A stretch of 64,000 nt of DNA from assembly GCF_001677475.2 (NCBI RefSeq), contig NZ_CP015229.1; one strand, written 5' to 3'. The DNA comes from Escherichia coli (GTDB taxonomy: Bacteria; Pseudomonadota; Gammaproteobacteria; Enterobacterales; Enterobacteriaceae). Below the pieces are notes generated by a model, which was not told where the DNA came from, made no database searches, and saw only the letters and a list, made by a program, of their open reading frames with translations. How positions within the stretch are numbered: the stretch's first letter is position 1; each line of letters opens with the position of its first letter. The translations under genes and the position numbers were made by a program. This document shows positions 22,223 to 32,977 of this stretch, in pieces.

Positions 22223-22458
22223 TTTGGTTCCTCTAAATCCAGCTTTCAATTTAGCGTAGATAAAGAGACAGATCGGTACACTGTATTATCTGCCTCGACT
22301 ATTAATAACTCAGTTTATCTTATCGAAACTAACGCTTACCTCAAGTTGATATCACTAATAAATAACCATCAAAATGGTTTAAATGACTTATTAATCTCGA
22401 TTTATTAGTGTGATAAACTAAAAGTTAGTTTATTCATAACCAATTGTTTTTACGACAG

Positions 22459-23916
22459 TTAATCGTTGCTCTCCTGTATCATATTTGTCGGCGTGCTAAA
22501 CAGATAACGGGCAGCAAAGGCCAATACCACGATGATCGCGACACAAGCCAACGTCCACTCTCCCATCTGAGAAAAGAATCGCTGGTAAGCTGCAATTGCC
22601 ATTCCGCTAATTTGCGACTCTGTCGTCTGCTGTGCCACGACGCCTGCCAGCCAGTTGGCGACCGCGCCTGTTGCCAGCATATAAATACCGGTTAATACGC
22701 CAGACATTTTCAGACGCGTGATTTGCGCAATCGCCACCGGGTCAATAAAGAGTTCGGCAAAGCCCATTAGCGCCAGCCCGGATATCATCACGCCCATTGA
22801 CGCTTGACCGTCAGCCGCTGCATGTCGGGCATCAAATGCCAGCAACATAAAGCCACAAGCCATCAGCAATAAGCCAAAGGCAAACCTCAGCCAGACGCGC
22901 AATGTTGAGTTGCCGTGGCTTTCTGGCGACGCCAGCCAGGCCAGAACAACCCCAGCGAGCATCACCGCAATTGCGTTCACTGACTGGAATAGTGCAGTAG
23001 GTACTTCAATATTGAATGCCTGACGATTCACAAAGCGATCGATAAACAAACTGATGGTACTGCCGCCCTGTTGTGCCAGTACCCAGAACAACGTCCCGAC
23101 AAACATCAACAATACAATTTGCCAAAGAGCACGGCGGTGTTCGGGGAATTTGATCATCATGCGGGCAATGATTTGTGCGGCAATGAGGCAAACGATCGCC
23201 AGCAAATATCCCGACCAGTCGTTCTCCAGCAGCAGGGTAAAAAATACTGGGGCTAAACAGAGCATCACCACTAACCAGCTCCATACTGGTAAGGCAAATT
23301 TCACGCTAGTGAGCGCTTTCTTATCCATACTACGCGTGGACTGGAAATGACGATGACCGCTTAAGAAAATCAACAAACCGATAAACATGCCGCCACCCGC
23401 AAGGGCAAAGCCAACATGCCATCCATACCACTGAGCAGCCAGGCCGCAGGCGATGGGGGCGGCGATAGAACCGATATTGCCCGCAGCATACAGCAGCGAA
23501 AAACCGCCATCACGTCGATGATCGTTCTCGTCGTAGAGCTCGCCAAGCAAACAGCTGATGTTTGATTTGAATAAACCGTAGCCACAAATAATGATTGCCA
23601 GCGCCAGATACAGGCTAAAGGTTGAATTTGTATCAATGCCCAGCACTACATGGCCAAGGGTCATTAACAGCGCGCCGGCAATTACCGCAGTACGATTGCC
23701 GAGCAGGCGGTCGGCAAGCCAGCCGCCGAGAATAGGGGTAACGTAAACCAGAGATGCATATGCGCTGAACAGGCTGATGGCATGGTTATCATCAAAACCA
23801 AGCTGATGGGTGAGATAGAGAATGAGCAAGGCACGCATGCCGTAAAAACTGAAGTACTCCCAGATTTGGATCGCCACGATATAGTATATCGCGCGCGGCT
23901 GTGAGGGTGTTTTCAT
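22459..23916 (-). CDS. dtpC: Di/tripeptide:H+ symporter DtpC (YjdL), 485 aa
   Basis: Protein [36 protein letters not shown]... recognised as a POT-family transporter. Confidence 0.92.
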   Translation of the reverse strand: MKTPSQPRAIYYIVAIQIWEYFSFYGMRALLILYLTHQLGFDDNHAISLFSAYASLVYVTPILGGWLADRLLGNRTAVIAGALLMTLGHVVLGIDTNSTFSLYLALAIIICGYGLFKSNISCLLGELYDENDHRRDGGFSLLYAAGNIGSIAAPIACGLAAQWYGWHVGFALAGGGMFIGLLIFLSGHRHFQSTRSMDKKALTSVKFALPVWSWLVVMLCLAPVFFTLLLENDWSGYLLAIVCLIAAQIIARMMIKFPEHRRALWQIVLLMFVGTLFWVLAQQGGSTISLFIDRFVNRQAFNIEVPTALFQSVNAIAVMLAGVVLAWLASPESHGNSTLRVWLRFAFGLLLMACGFMLLAFDARHAAADGQASMGVMISGLALMGFAELFIDPVAIAQITRLKMSGVLTGIYMLATGAVANWLAGVVAQQTTESQISGMAIAAYQRFFSQMGEWTLACVAIIVVLAFAARYLFSTPTNMIQESND

Positions 23917-23932
23917 GTGTTCTCCTTATGAG

Positions 23933-23961
23933 CAAAAAAGGGAAGTGGCAAGCCACTTCCC
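23933..23961 (-). terminator. Putative rho-independent terminator downstream of cadA
   Basis: Hairpin GGGAAGTGG-CAAG-CCACTTCCC (23940..23961), followed on the minus strand by six T. Confidence 0.65.
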
Positions 23962-23974
23962 TTGTACGAGCTAA

Positions 23975-26122
23975 TTATTTTTTGCTTTCTTCTTTCAATA
24001 CTTTAACGGTATAGCGGCCATCAGCCTGACGGTATGCACCGTGAATATCGGTTTCAAAGCCCGGATAGTGAGCGCCGATTTCACACAGCATCTGCAGGAA
24101 CTCCAGAACCGGACGGCTTTCTTCGGTGATCATTTCTCCCGGCATTACCAGAGGAACTCCCGGCGGATACGGAAGGATCATATTGGCGTTAATACGACCG
24201 ACCATTTCGTCGAGGTAAACTTCTTCGGTCATACCGTGCAGCTCTTTCTGGAACGCAGCATACGGAGTCATTACCATCGTCGGCAGCACTTCAAATGCGC
24301 GATACATCAGATCCGGCAGATTGTGGTGAACAATCAGTTTGTGGATATTCTGAGCCAGTTCCTGAATACGCATGTTTTCATAGAATTCAGGATCTTCACG
24401 ATACAGAGACGGCAGCATGTTTTTCACACGCAGGTTCAGGTCGAACGCACGTTTGAAGTCAGTCAGAGCACGCAGCAGGCTCAGTGCTTTGGTCTTATCG
24501 ATACCGATGCTGAACAGGAACAGCAGGTTATACGGACCGGTTTTCTCAACAACGATGCCATGTTCGTCGAGGTATTTCGCCACGATGCTGGCCGGAATAC
24601 CAAAGTCGCTCATGGTGCCGTCTTTTTCCATCCCCGGAGTCAGCAGGGTGACTTTGATCGGGTCAAGATACATGTGCTCGTTATCGATGTTTTTGAAGCC
24701 GTGCCAGGTGCTGTCAGAACGCAGCGGCCAGCATTCAGTCGTATCGATATGATCCGGCTGCCAAACATCAAAGAACCAGCCATCAGATTCCGTTCTCAGA
24801 CGTTTGATCTCTTTACGGAATTTGATCGCACGTTCAATGGAACCGTTGATCAGACGCTTACCAGCATTACCTTTCATCATCGCCGCTGCGGTTTCAGTGG
24901 ACGCCACGATACCGTAGTGCGGAGAAGTGGTGGTGTGCATCATGTAGGCTTCGTTAAAGGTTTCTTCGTTTACGTCACCTTTAACGTGGATCATGGAAGC
25001 CTGAGAGAACGCCGCCAGCAGTTTGTGAGTAGACTGGGTTTCGTAAATCACTTTCCCTTCTACACGGCCACCGCTCATACCGCATTTACCTTCGTAAATC
25101 GGTGAGAAGTTGGTGTAAGGCACCCACGCGGAGTCAAAGTGGATGGATTTCACATCCAGTGTTTTCTTGATGAAGTCGGTGTTGTACAGCAGACCATCAT
25201 AGGTAGAGTTGGTAATTACAGCATGTACCGGCCAGGTTGCGTTTGGTGTTTCTTTCACGCGCTTAGCAATGGTAGCGTGCTGGAATTCACTCTGTGGGAT
25301 ACCACCAAGAATACCGTAAGCGTTACGGGTCGGGCGGAAATAGATTGGCGTAACATCGCTCATCATCATCAGGTGGGTCAGCGATTTGTGGCAGTTACGG
25401 TCAATCAGAATGGTGCTGCCTGCCGGAGCAGAGTACATACCAACAATTTTGTTCGCAGTGGAAGTACCGTTGGTCACCATGTAGCTGCGGTCTGCGTTAA
25501 AGACGCGAGCGATATACTGTTCTGCTTCTTTGTGTGGACCACTGTGATCCAGCAGAGAACCCAGTTCAGATACTGAAATGGAAATATCAGATTTCATGGT
25601 GTTCGGACCAAAGAAATCATAGAACAGGCTACCTACCGGGCTTTTCTGGAATGCAGTACCGCCCATGTGACCAGGAGTACAGAAAGTATATTTACCTTCA
25701 CGAACATATTTAAACAGTGCTTTGGTCAGCGGAGGCAGAATAGTGTTGATATATTCGTCAGTGGTCTGCTTGATCTTGTTAGCAATATCTTCAGCAGCAC
25801 CCAGCGCATATTCAAAGAAGCTAATCTGTAAACGCAGGTCATTCAGGCTTACATCGAGAGTGGAATACGTATTAGCGAACGCGTACAACGGCAGGTTCTC
25901 GTTCATTTTGCTAATTTCTTCGCACAGCTCGAGATTATATTTATCCCAGTCAAAAATAACGCCGCACAGACGCGCATTGTTTTCGATCAGTTTTAATAAG
26001 TCGTCACGGTCGTTCGGGTAAACAATCTGGAAGTTCAGACGTTCAAGCGCGCGATGAAGTTCACGGATGGGTTCTTCTTTAAAATAAACCCCCATGTGAT
26101 TCAATATTGCAATAACGTTCAT
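23975..26122 (-). CDS. cadA: Inducible lysine decarboxylase CadA, 715 aa
   Basis: ORF 23975..26161 recognised as CadA; the recognised N-terminus MNVIAILNHMGVYFKEEP starts at ATG 26122..26120, which has a GGAG SD at good spacing. Confidence 0.95.
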   Translation of the reverse strand: MNVIAILNHMGVYFKEEPIRELHRALERLNFQIVYPNDRDDLLKLIENNARLCGVIFDWDKYNLELCEEISKMNENLPLYAFANTYSTLDVSLNDLRLQISFFEYALGAAEDIANKIKQTTDEYINTILPPLTKALFKYVREGKYTFCTPGHMGGTAFQKSPVGSLFYDFFGPNTMKSDISISVSELGSLLDHSGPHKEAEQYIARVFNADRSYMVTNGTSTANKIVGMYSAPAGSTILIDRNCHKSLTHLMMMSDVTPIYFRPTRNAYGILGGIPQSEFQHATIAKRVKETPNATWPVHAVITNSTYDGLLYNTDFIKKTLDVKSIHFDSAWVPYTNFSPIYEGKCGMSGGRVEGKVIYETQSTHKLLAAFSQASMIHVKGDVNEETFNEAYMMHTTTSPHYGIVASTETAAAMMKGNAGKRLINGSIERAIKFRKEIKRLRTESDGWFFDVWQPDHIDTTECWPLRSDSTWHGFKNIDNEHMYLDPIKVTLLTPGMEKDGTMSDFGIPASIVAKYLDEHGIVVEKTGPYNLLFLFSIGIDKTKALSLLRALTDFKRAFDLNLRVKNMLPSLYREDPEFYENMRIQELAQNIHKLIVHHNLPDLMYRAFEVLPTMVMTPYAAFQKELHGMTEEVYLDEMVGRINANMILPYPPGVPLVMPGEMITEESRPVLEFLQMLCEIGAHYPGFETDIHGAYRQADGRYTVKVLKEESKK

Positions 26123-26201
26123 AGTCATATCTCCAGGTAAAAAAGGCCCCTCCCAACACATGGGACAAAATGAAAGGAGGAGCCTCGGAAAATACTTTTA
26201 A

Positions 26202-27536
26202 TTAATGTGCGTTAGACGCTGTGTGGTTATCCATTGAGTGACTCTGGCGCTCGTGCATTTTGCGAGCGTAGAACATCAGGATAATCAGGCTGACGATGAA
26301 GGTACCTGCCAGCTCGAAGGAGCTTGCGCCCATTAGCGCGATGAAGCAGAACACGCAACCCAGTACAGAGCAGATCAGGCTGACAAAGTTGCGGATGTTA
26401 ACGCCTTCAAAACGAATCAGGTCAACGCAAGAGTAGAAGTACGGCAGCATAGTCAGCAGTACTGCGATACCGGTCAGTTCACCGAACAGGTCAGATGCTT
26501 TACCACCGGCAGAGTTCATCAGAGTGATGAGGATCATCAGGGCAGTCATTTTCACTGCAGCCAGCAGCAGACCTTTTTTCGGAATACCGTTGCTGTCGAC
26601 TTCACCATAAACTTTCGGGAAGTTACCGTCGTTAGCGGCACGTACACCTGCCTGGCCTACCAACATCATCCAGGAGCCCAGAGAAGTCAGGCACGCAAAG
26701 GCGGTGAATGCAGAAACCAGCGGCGCAGCCCAGTTACCGAGGATAGTTGAAGCACTGATTGCAAACGGAGCACCGGAAGCCGCCATTACAGAAGACGGAT
26801 ACATACCGGAAAGCACCTGAGTCGCAGCGATGTAAACAATACCTGCTAAACCAGTACCCAGCATGGTTGCCAGCGGAACGGTACGTTTCGGGTTTTTAAC
26901 CATACCAGTACTTACAGCTGCGGATTCAACACCCACGAAGGCCCACAGGCAGAGCAGAATACTTTTAATGATCGCATGACCATCGGTGGTATCCGCAGTA
27001 TTCCAGTTAGCAGCATAAGTCGCAGCATCAAACCAATGCCAGCCAACAATAGCTGTCATAACCACAGGAATAAGAACCAGCACCAGACCAATAGTGGTTA
27101 AACGGCTTACCCAGGTACCGCCGAGCATATTTACAAAGGTAAATACCCAGACGATAGCAATACAGGCGATACCCGCCGGAACAGGATCATTTAATACTGG
27201 GAAGAAGGTGGAAAGATAAGATACAGCGGTAATACCAATCGCCAGGTTACCAATCCAGTTAGCATGGTAATAAAGAACACCTGTCTGAAAACCAAATGCA
27301 GGAGAAATTTCTCCGGCATAAGCAATTGGGCCACCTTGTTGCGGGTTTTTTGTTGCCAGTCGGGCATATACATACGCCAGCGACATTGCACCAATAATAG
27401 AGATAATCCAACCCCAGATAGCAATACCACCGATACTTGCTAGGTTCGCAGGTAATAATGCAATACCGCTCCCCATCATATTACCGGCAACAACACCGGT
27501 ACAGGCAAATAGCCCGATCTTCTTGGCAGAACTCAT
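26202..27536 (-). CDS. cadB: Lysine:cadaverine antiporter CadB, 444 aa
   Basis: Protein [34 protein letters not shown]... recognised as CadB (APC family, paralogous to AdiC). Confidence 0.95.
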   Translation of the reverse strand: MSSAKKIGLFACTGVVAGNMMGSGIALLPANLASIGGIAIWGWIISIIGAMSLAYVYARLATKNPQQGGPIAYAGEISPAFGFQTGVLYYHANWIGNLAIGITAVSYLSTFFPVLNDPVPAGIACIAIVWVFTFVNMLGGTWVSRLTTIGLVLVLIPVVMTAIVGWHWFDAATYAANWNTADTTDGHAIIKSILLCLWAFVGVESAAVSTGMVKNPKRTVPLATMLGTGLAGIVYIAATQVLSGMYPSSVMAASGAPFAISASTILGNWAAPLVSAFTAFACLTSLGSWMMLVGQAGVRAANDGNFPKVYGEVDSNGIPKKGLLLAAVKMTALMILITLMNSAGGKASDLFGELTGIAVLLTMLPYFYSCVDLIRFEGVNIRNFVSLICSVLGCVFCFIALMGASSFELAGTFIVSLIILMFYARKMHERQSHSMDNHTASNAH

Positions 27537-27790
27537 GCTCTTCTCCTAATTTCATTTTTGAATTTGGAGTCCGGGTCATGATGTATAACTATTTCCTGAC
27601 CAGACCAAACTGGCGCTAAGATTACTCACGAAAAAAGGATTAATCCTAAAGATTAGGTGAAATAACACAAAAGTTTCTGTAAGTGAGAACTTGAGGTTTT
27701 TTATTAACACATCAGGATCGCAAGTTGATATCATGAAAAGATAAACATTCAATGTTTACAATAGATTGCGTGACGTCTTCTGGTTAAATT
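27537..27790 (-). promoter_or_regulatory. cadBA promoter region (Pcad), expected to hold the CadC binding sites
   Basis: AT-rich intergenic region immediately upstream of cadB and downstream of cadC; individual sites not resolved by eye. Confidence 0.45.
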
Positions 27791-27794
27791 TATG

Positions 27795-27827
27795 TAATAA
27801 AAATTATGCGGCAAATAAATTGCCGCA
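27795..27827 (-). terminator. Putative terminator downstream of cadC
   Basis: Hairpin TGCGGCAA-ATAAA-TTGCCGCA (27807..27827) followed on the minus strand by a T-rich run. Confidence 0.5.
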
Positions 27828-27901
27828 ACATATTATACCAATAAAAACATACAAAAACTCAACAACAAATATTCCCGGGCATGAATCAACCCGGGATTTG
27901 C

Positions 27902-29440
27902 TTATTCTGAAGCGAGAAATTTGTCGAGATAAGGTACAACATAAGGAACAGAAGTCTGGAATATACCATTTTCAATCCAGTAAAGGGTGTTTGCCCCTGG
28001 GCGTAAATTAAAGGCGGTGAGATATGCATCAGCTGCTTCCCGGTTCATCCCCTTCATTTCATAAACCTTGCCAAGCAACACATAATTTAGCCAGGACATT
28101 TCAAGATCAATGCCAGTATTTATCGCCTGGTAAGACTCATCTGTTTTACCTTTTACCAGAGCACTGACCGCTTTTATTTGATATATAATGGACAGGTTAT
28201 TCAATTCCGGTAGTGTAACAATGTTATTTATTTCTGTGTTCAGTGCTGCTAATTGTTTTTCATCCAAAGGATGTTGAGAATGGCGCACGATATCAACTAA
28301 TGCTTTTTCTGCTCTCGCGTAGGTAAATTCTGGGGATGATTGAACAATCTCACCTAATAATTCACTGGCACGATTCAATGATTTATCATCGCCATGCAGT
28401 AAATAATCATGTGCCTGATAAAAATTAGTTAATAACGCACCACGATGAGGCAAAATTTGCTGGAGCATCTCCTGCATTCGTTGTGGCCACGGTTGGTTTA
28501 ACGCTTTTGATAAACTCTCCAGTAAATCATTTTGAATCGCCAGCTGATTACCGTTAGTGATGACATAACGTTTATCCAGCATGGTTGAACCATCTGCATT
28601 GTCTACCAATTTTACCGACATAAAGCATTGTTGAGCACGGTATTGGCGCTGATTAACAAACGCAATAGATAATGTTTTACCGGAACTGCTCGGTTCATCA
28701 ATGTTGTAGTTGATTTTGTCATGCACCATAAAGGTGGAGAAGGTGTTAAGTGATGTCGCCACCAAATCACCCACACCTATCGCGTAAGAGAGCTGATATG
28801 GGGAACTCCAGCTGTTACAACTCTTATTCACCATATTAATGTCAATATCGCGTGGATTGAGCAAAATACGCGATTTGCTCATCGGAAGACGTGTATCAAG
28901 ACTTGAAAACGCTACCAGTGCTACACAGATACCTAACGACAACAGGAAAAAAAACCATACCCAAAAGGTAGTGAATCGTTTGCTTTTAACTGGGGATTGT
29001 TCAGGTGGCGTTGCGGTGTTTTGAATGTTAAGACTGTGGGAGGGAGAATCTGTGGCAGGAACCGCCTCTGGTATAGGGGGAGGCGAAGATAGCATTATTT
29101 CCTCTCCCTCTTCTTCGCTGTACCAGATAACCGGCACCATTAATTTATAGCCGCGCTTTGGTACAGTAGCGATATAGACAGGACTATCTTCATCATTATC
29201 TTTTAATGACTTACGTAGTTCTGAGATACTCTGCGTCACAACGTGATTGGTGACAATACTTCTCTTCCAGACATTATCGATAAGTTCATCCCTGCTAAGT
29301 ACTTCGCCACTGTGTTGAGCAAAGAAAACCAGAAGATCGATTAATCTCGGCTCAAGGGTAAGTTGACGCCCATTGCGGCTAATTTGGTTTATGGACGGAG
29401 TAACAAGCCATTCGCCAACGCGAACTACAGGTTGTTGCAT
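27902..29440 (-). CDS. cadC: Membrane-integrated transcriptional activator CadC (ToxR-like), 512 aa
   Basis: Protein MQQPVVRVGEWLVTPSINQISRNGRQLTLEPRLIDLLV... recognised as CadC. Confidence 0.95.
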   Translation of the reverse strand: MQQPVVRVGEWLVTPSINQISRNGRQLTLEPRLIDLLVFFAQHSGEVLSRDELIDNVWKRSIVTNHVVTQSISELRKSLKDNDEDSPVYIATVPKRGYKLMVPVIWYSEEEGEEIMLSSPPPIPEAVPATDSPSHSLNIQNTATPPEQSPVKSKRFTTFWVWFFFLLSLGICVALVAFSSLDTRLPMSKSRILLNPRDIDINMVNKSCNSWSSPYQLSYAIGVGDLVATSLNTFSTFMVHDKINYNIDEPSSSGKTLSIAFVNQRQYRAQQCFMSVKLVDNADGSTMLDKRYVITNGNQLAIQNDLLESLSKALNQPWPQRMQEMLQQILPHRGALLTNFYQAHDYLLHGDDKSLNRASELLGEIVQSSPEFTYARAEKALVDIVRHSQHPLDEKQLAALNTEINNIVTLPELNNLSIIYQIKAVSALVKGKTDESYQAINTGIDLEMSWLNYVLLGKVYEMKGMNREAADAYLTAFNLRPGANTLYWIENGIFQTSVPYVVPYLDKFLASE

Positions 29441-30011
29441 AATAGAAACTCATTCGAAAAGGGAATGATGCAATGATAATTGCCACAACCTATTTTTACC
29501 ATCTATAGATGGGTTTATTTACATATTATTGGTGAATGCAAGACGTTATTTTTACCAGCGATAAACTTCTTGATTACATAGTATTACGAAAGGATTTTAC
29601 TGAGAACCAGAAGTAATATTCCTTACCATCAAAATTCATCATCTTTGCCAAAGAAAAATGTTCAGAAAATAATCCATGGAAAATTGTCCGGAGCGCTTAC
29701 TATTTTAATGGATTGTTAGTCTTTGCATGAGCAAGCGGACTGATAAATTTCTCTTTGTTCTCATTCAGAAAATCTCATCAGTCGCCGTTCAGACCGGTGT
29801 TGTGCTTTATGGATGCGTTACGCTCCTGATGACGTCATTTGACGTTCAACAGCATCACGGGGCCGCACGACATTTCACGTCAGTCAGTGCTATCGCTCAG
29901 GAACACATTTCCCCGAATTGGGATCTACCCGCAAAATGCTGGTGATGTGGGGAGAATCTGGTTGAGTTCGGTAGAATTGATTTGTAGGCAGAACGCTTAA
30001 ATCGTGGCGTC

Positions 30012-30047
30012 CTGAAACGAAAAACGGACCTCCGTGGAGGTCCGTTT
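30012..30047 (-). terminator. Rho-independent terminator of pheU
   Basis: 12-bp perfect stem AAACGGACCTCC/GGAGGTCCGTTT (30022..30047) starting 9 nt after the tRNA CCA end, followed on the minus strand by TTTTCGTTT. Confidence 0.7.
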
Positions 30048-30056
30048 ATATGAATT

Positions 30057-30132
30057 TGGTGCCCGGACTCGGAATCGAACCAAGGACACGGGGATTTTCA
30101 ATCCCCTGCTCTACCGACTGAGCTATCCGGGC
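30057..30132 (-). tRNA. pheU: tRNA-Phe (anticodon GAA), 76 nt
   Basis: Reverse complement reads GCCCGGATAGCTCAGTCGGTAGAGCAGGGGATTGAAAATCCCCGTGTCCTTGGTTCGATTCCGAGTCCGGGCACCA, the canonical E. coli tRNA-Phe. Confidence 0.95.
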
Positions 30133-30238
30133 AACGGGGCGCATTAAACCGTAATCTGCACATCTCGTCAACCTAATTTCAGTAAAAGCGATTCAACTGC
30201 TTAAGATTGCGGCAAATCGCTACTTTTCTGTGTTTCTG

Positions 30239-30814
30239 TCAGGTCAGTGCGCCACCCTGGCGGCAGCGAGCGAAGCGCAGGATATCTTCTGCCAGCCGAT
30301 GTGCGGTGTCGACATCCGCCTGGCTACGATTCACCAGCATTCGGCTTAAACAGCCTTCCAGCACCAGTTCCATCTGCTTTGCTACCATCGCCGGATCGTC
30401 AACTTCCAGCGTGGTTAACAGTTCGTGGGTGAAATCGTAGGCCGCGCTTTTTTGCTGATCGGCCAGTTGATGAATAGGGTGGCCAGGATCGGGATAAAAC
30501 GTACAGGCAGCGATAAATAGACAGCCCGGATAGCGGTTGTTTTTAACGCACTCCGATAACGCCTGATAACGTGCCAGCAGCTTTTGTTCGGCGGTTTGCG
30601 TTTCGTCCAGCATCAGCTGACGACGCCAGACATCTATCTGTTGGCTAAGATAACGCAGCGCATCGTAGAGGATTGCCTCTTTGTCTGGCCAGAAGCGGCG
30701 CAGCTCGTCCAGTGGATAATCCACACGTTCAGCAACCATCTCCAGCGTGGTGTTGGCAATCCCTTGTAATTCTAATAATTTCAGGGCTTCTCCCAGTACA
30801 TCTTCACGTTGCAC
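30239..30814 (-). CDS. yjdC: TetR-family transcriptional regulator YjdC, 191 aa
   Basis: ORF 30239..30838 recognised as YjdC; preferred start is GTG 30814..30812, which has a GGAGG SD 8 nt upstream; the upstream GTG at 30838 is the alternative. Confidence 0.8.
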
Positions 30815-30850
30815 GCTATTTTCCTCCGTCTTTCCCACTGCAAGTGTCGT

Positions 30851-32548
30851 TCACGGTTGGCGATCGCGCAAATGTGCGCTGAAGGTTTCAGCATCCATAA
30901 AGCCCGTGACGCGTGCTTGTGGATGCTCCTGGCTTTGTCCGTCAAAAAAGAGAATTGTCGGTAGGCCAAGGACATTAAGATGCTTTAACAGCGCCACATC
31001 TTGTGCGTCGTTAGCAGTGACGTTGGCCTGAAGTAAGACCGTGTCTGCTAACGCTTTTTGCACCTGCGGGTCGCTGAAGGTGTATTTCTCAAACTCTTTA
31101 CAGGCGACGCACCAGTCGGCATAAAGATCTAACATCACCGGTTTGCCTTTGGCTTCAACGAGCGCCTGATTTAACTCATCTACCGTTTTGATTTGTGTAA
31201 AGTTGAGATGCGTCTGAGTTTGCGCGGTATGCGTCGCACCAAATGCCCAATCCTGAAGTGGGCGCACGCTAACCAATGCCGCTGCAAGCAGGATTATTTG
31301 CACCACGCGCATCCAGCCGCGTTTGGCCTGTAGGCTGGTGATAAAGGCCCAGCCAAAGAATGCGACACCCAGCGCCGACCACAAGCGTAATCCCCATATA
31401 TCACCAATCACTCGCTCCAGCAGGAAGACCGGCAGTGCGAGGATCACAAAACCAAACGCGGTTTTGACTTGTTCCATCCACGGGCCGCTTTTCGGCAGCA
31501 GGCGGTTACCAAAGACGGTTATTAGCATCAGCGGCAGGCCCATGCCCAACGCATAGAGATAAAGCGTGCCGCCCCCCAGCCACATGTTCCCGCTTTGGGC
31601 GATATACAACAGAATCGCGCTAAGCGGTGCGGTGGTGCATGGTGAACAGATCAGTCCGGCAATCGCTCCCATAACAAACACACCGCCAGGTGAGCCGCCC
31701 TGTTGGCGATTGCTCATCAGCGTGAGACGGGTTTGCAGCGAAGAGGGGAGTTGCAGAGTAAACAAGCCAAACATTGACATCGCCAGCAAGGTAAAGACGA
31801 TAGCGAGGCCAATGAGCACGTATGGGTGCTGTAGCGCCGCCTGGAACTGTAACCCTGCGGCGGCAACCACCAGACCCAGCGCCGTGTAAGTCAGCGCCAT
31901 CCCCTGCACATAAATAAAGGTCAGCAACAATGCTCTGGCAGTGGAAAGCCGCTGTTTACCGCCCAGCACGATGCCAGAAATCAGTGGGTACATTGGCAGC
32001 ACGCATGGCGTAAAGGCGATACCAATACCGATCAACAACGCCCAGAGCGCGGAAAAGGGCATTTGCGCGGTGGGCTGCTCTTGCTGCGGAACAGACACAG
32101 GCTGCGACGCTGCGTTGTTGGCGACCACTTCGCTTAACGGAACGGTTTTGGTTTCTGGCGGATAACAGAAACCGGCATCAGCACAGCCCTGGTAGGTGAC
32201 AGTTAACGTCGCTCCCGCACTCGCCTGGTTGATGGTTACGGGAAGTGTCAGCCGATCGCGGTAAATCTCGCTTTTGCCGTAAAACTCATCTTCATGCCAG
32301 ACGCCTTGCGGCAGCTGCACGTCGGCAATTTTCGCGTGTTCCGGCGTAATGCGGATCTGTTTACGGTAGAGGTAGTAACCGTCTTTGATCTGCCAGGTCA
32401 GATTCAGGTCATGTTGGTTTTGCTGAAAATCAAAAGCAAAGGCTTGATCCGCAGGGACAAATTGTGAACGTCCCGGCGCGTCGAATAATCCGGCAAAAAC
32501 GGAAGTGCTGCAAAGTAGCAGGATCAGCGTAAAGATGCGTTGAGCCAT
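30851..32548 (-). CDS. dsbD: Thiol:disulfide interchange protein DsbD (DipZ), 565 aa
   Basis: ORF 30851..32629 recognised as DsbD; the recognised N-terminus [19 protein letters not shown] starts at ATG 32548..32546. Confidence 0.92.
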
Positions 32549-32862
32549 GAGAGGTAATCTGTGTCTCCGTGTGTAACAGGTAAAACCAGAAGTTCCGGGG
32601 TTTGATATGGATGATGAGACTTCAGGCATTCCAGCAGTGCCTGCTGGTGAGATACGGTAGTTTTTAAAATCATCTGCACTTCGTATTCTTGCTCCAGCTT
32701 ACCTTCCCAGTAATAGAGAGAGGTAGCGCCGGGGATCAAGGTCGCGCAGGCCGCCAGTTTTTCCGCCAGCACTTTGGCGGCTAAATCCTGGGCTGTCGCT
32801 TCATCTGGTGCCGTACATAGCACCACGACAGACGCGGTATTCGAACTTTTTTCATCAAGCAT
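32524..32862 (-). CDS. cutA: Divalent-cation tolerance protein CutA, 112 aa
   Basis: Protein ...[32 protein letters not shown]... recognised as CutA; its 3' end overlaps the dsbD start by 25 nt. Confidence 0.9.
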
Positions 32863-32937
32863 AAACACCTCGCAAGAACAGATGGAACCGCAAGAGAGAG
32901 GTCACTATACAACGGACGGGGGAAGGATGTTAGTCGG

Positions 32938-32968
32938 CGGGAAAGAAAGCGGGGCGTGAACGCCCCGC
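32938..32968 (-). terminator. Rho-independent terminator downstream of dcuA
   Basis: Hairpin GCGGGGCG-TGAA-CGCCCCGC (32949..32968), followed on the minus strand by TTTCTTTC. Confidence 0.65.
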
Positions 32969-32977
32969 GATTGGTCA

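Noticed and set aside
29727-29945. 72-codon ORF MSKRTDKFLFVLIQKISSVAVQTGVV... as a real gene
   Set aside because: It has no convincing SD and no recognisable domain, and it sits in an AT-rich region next to a tRNA 3' end. It is more likely non-coding or a decayed remnant; kept only as part of the low-confidence finding for this region.
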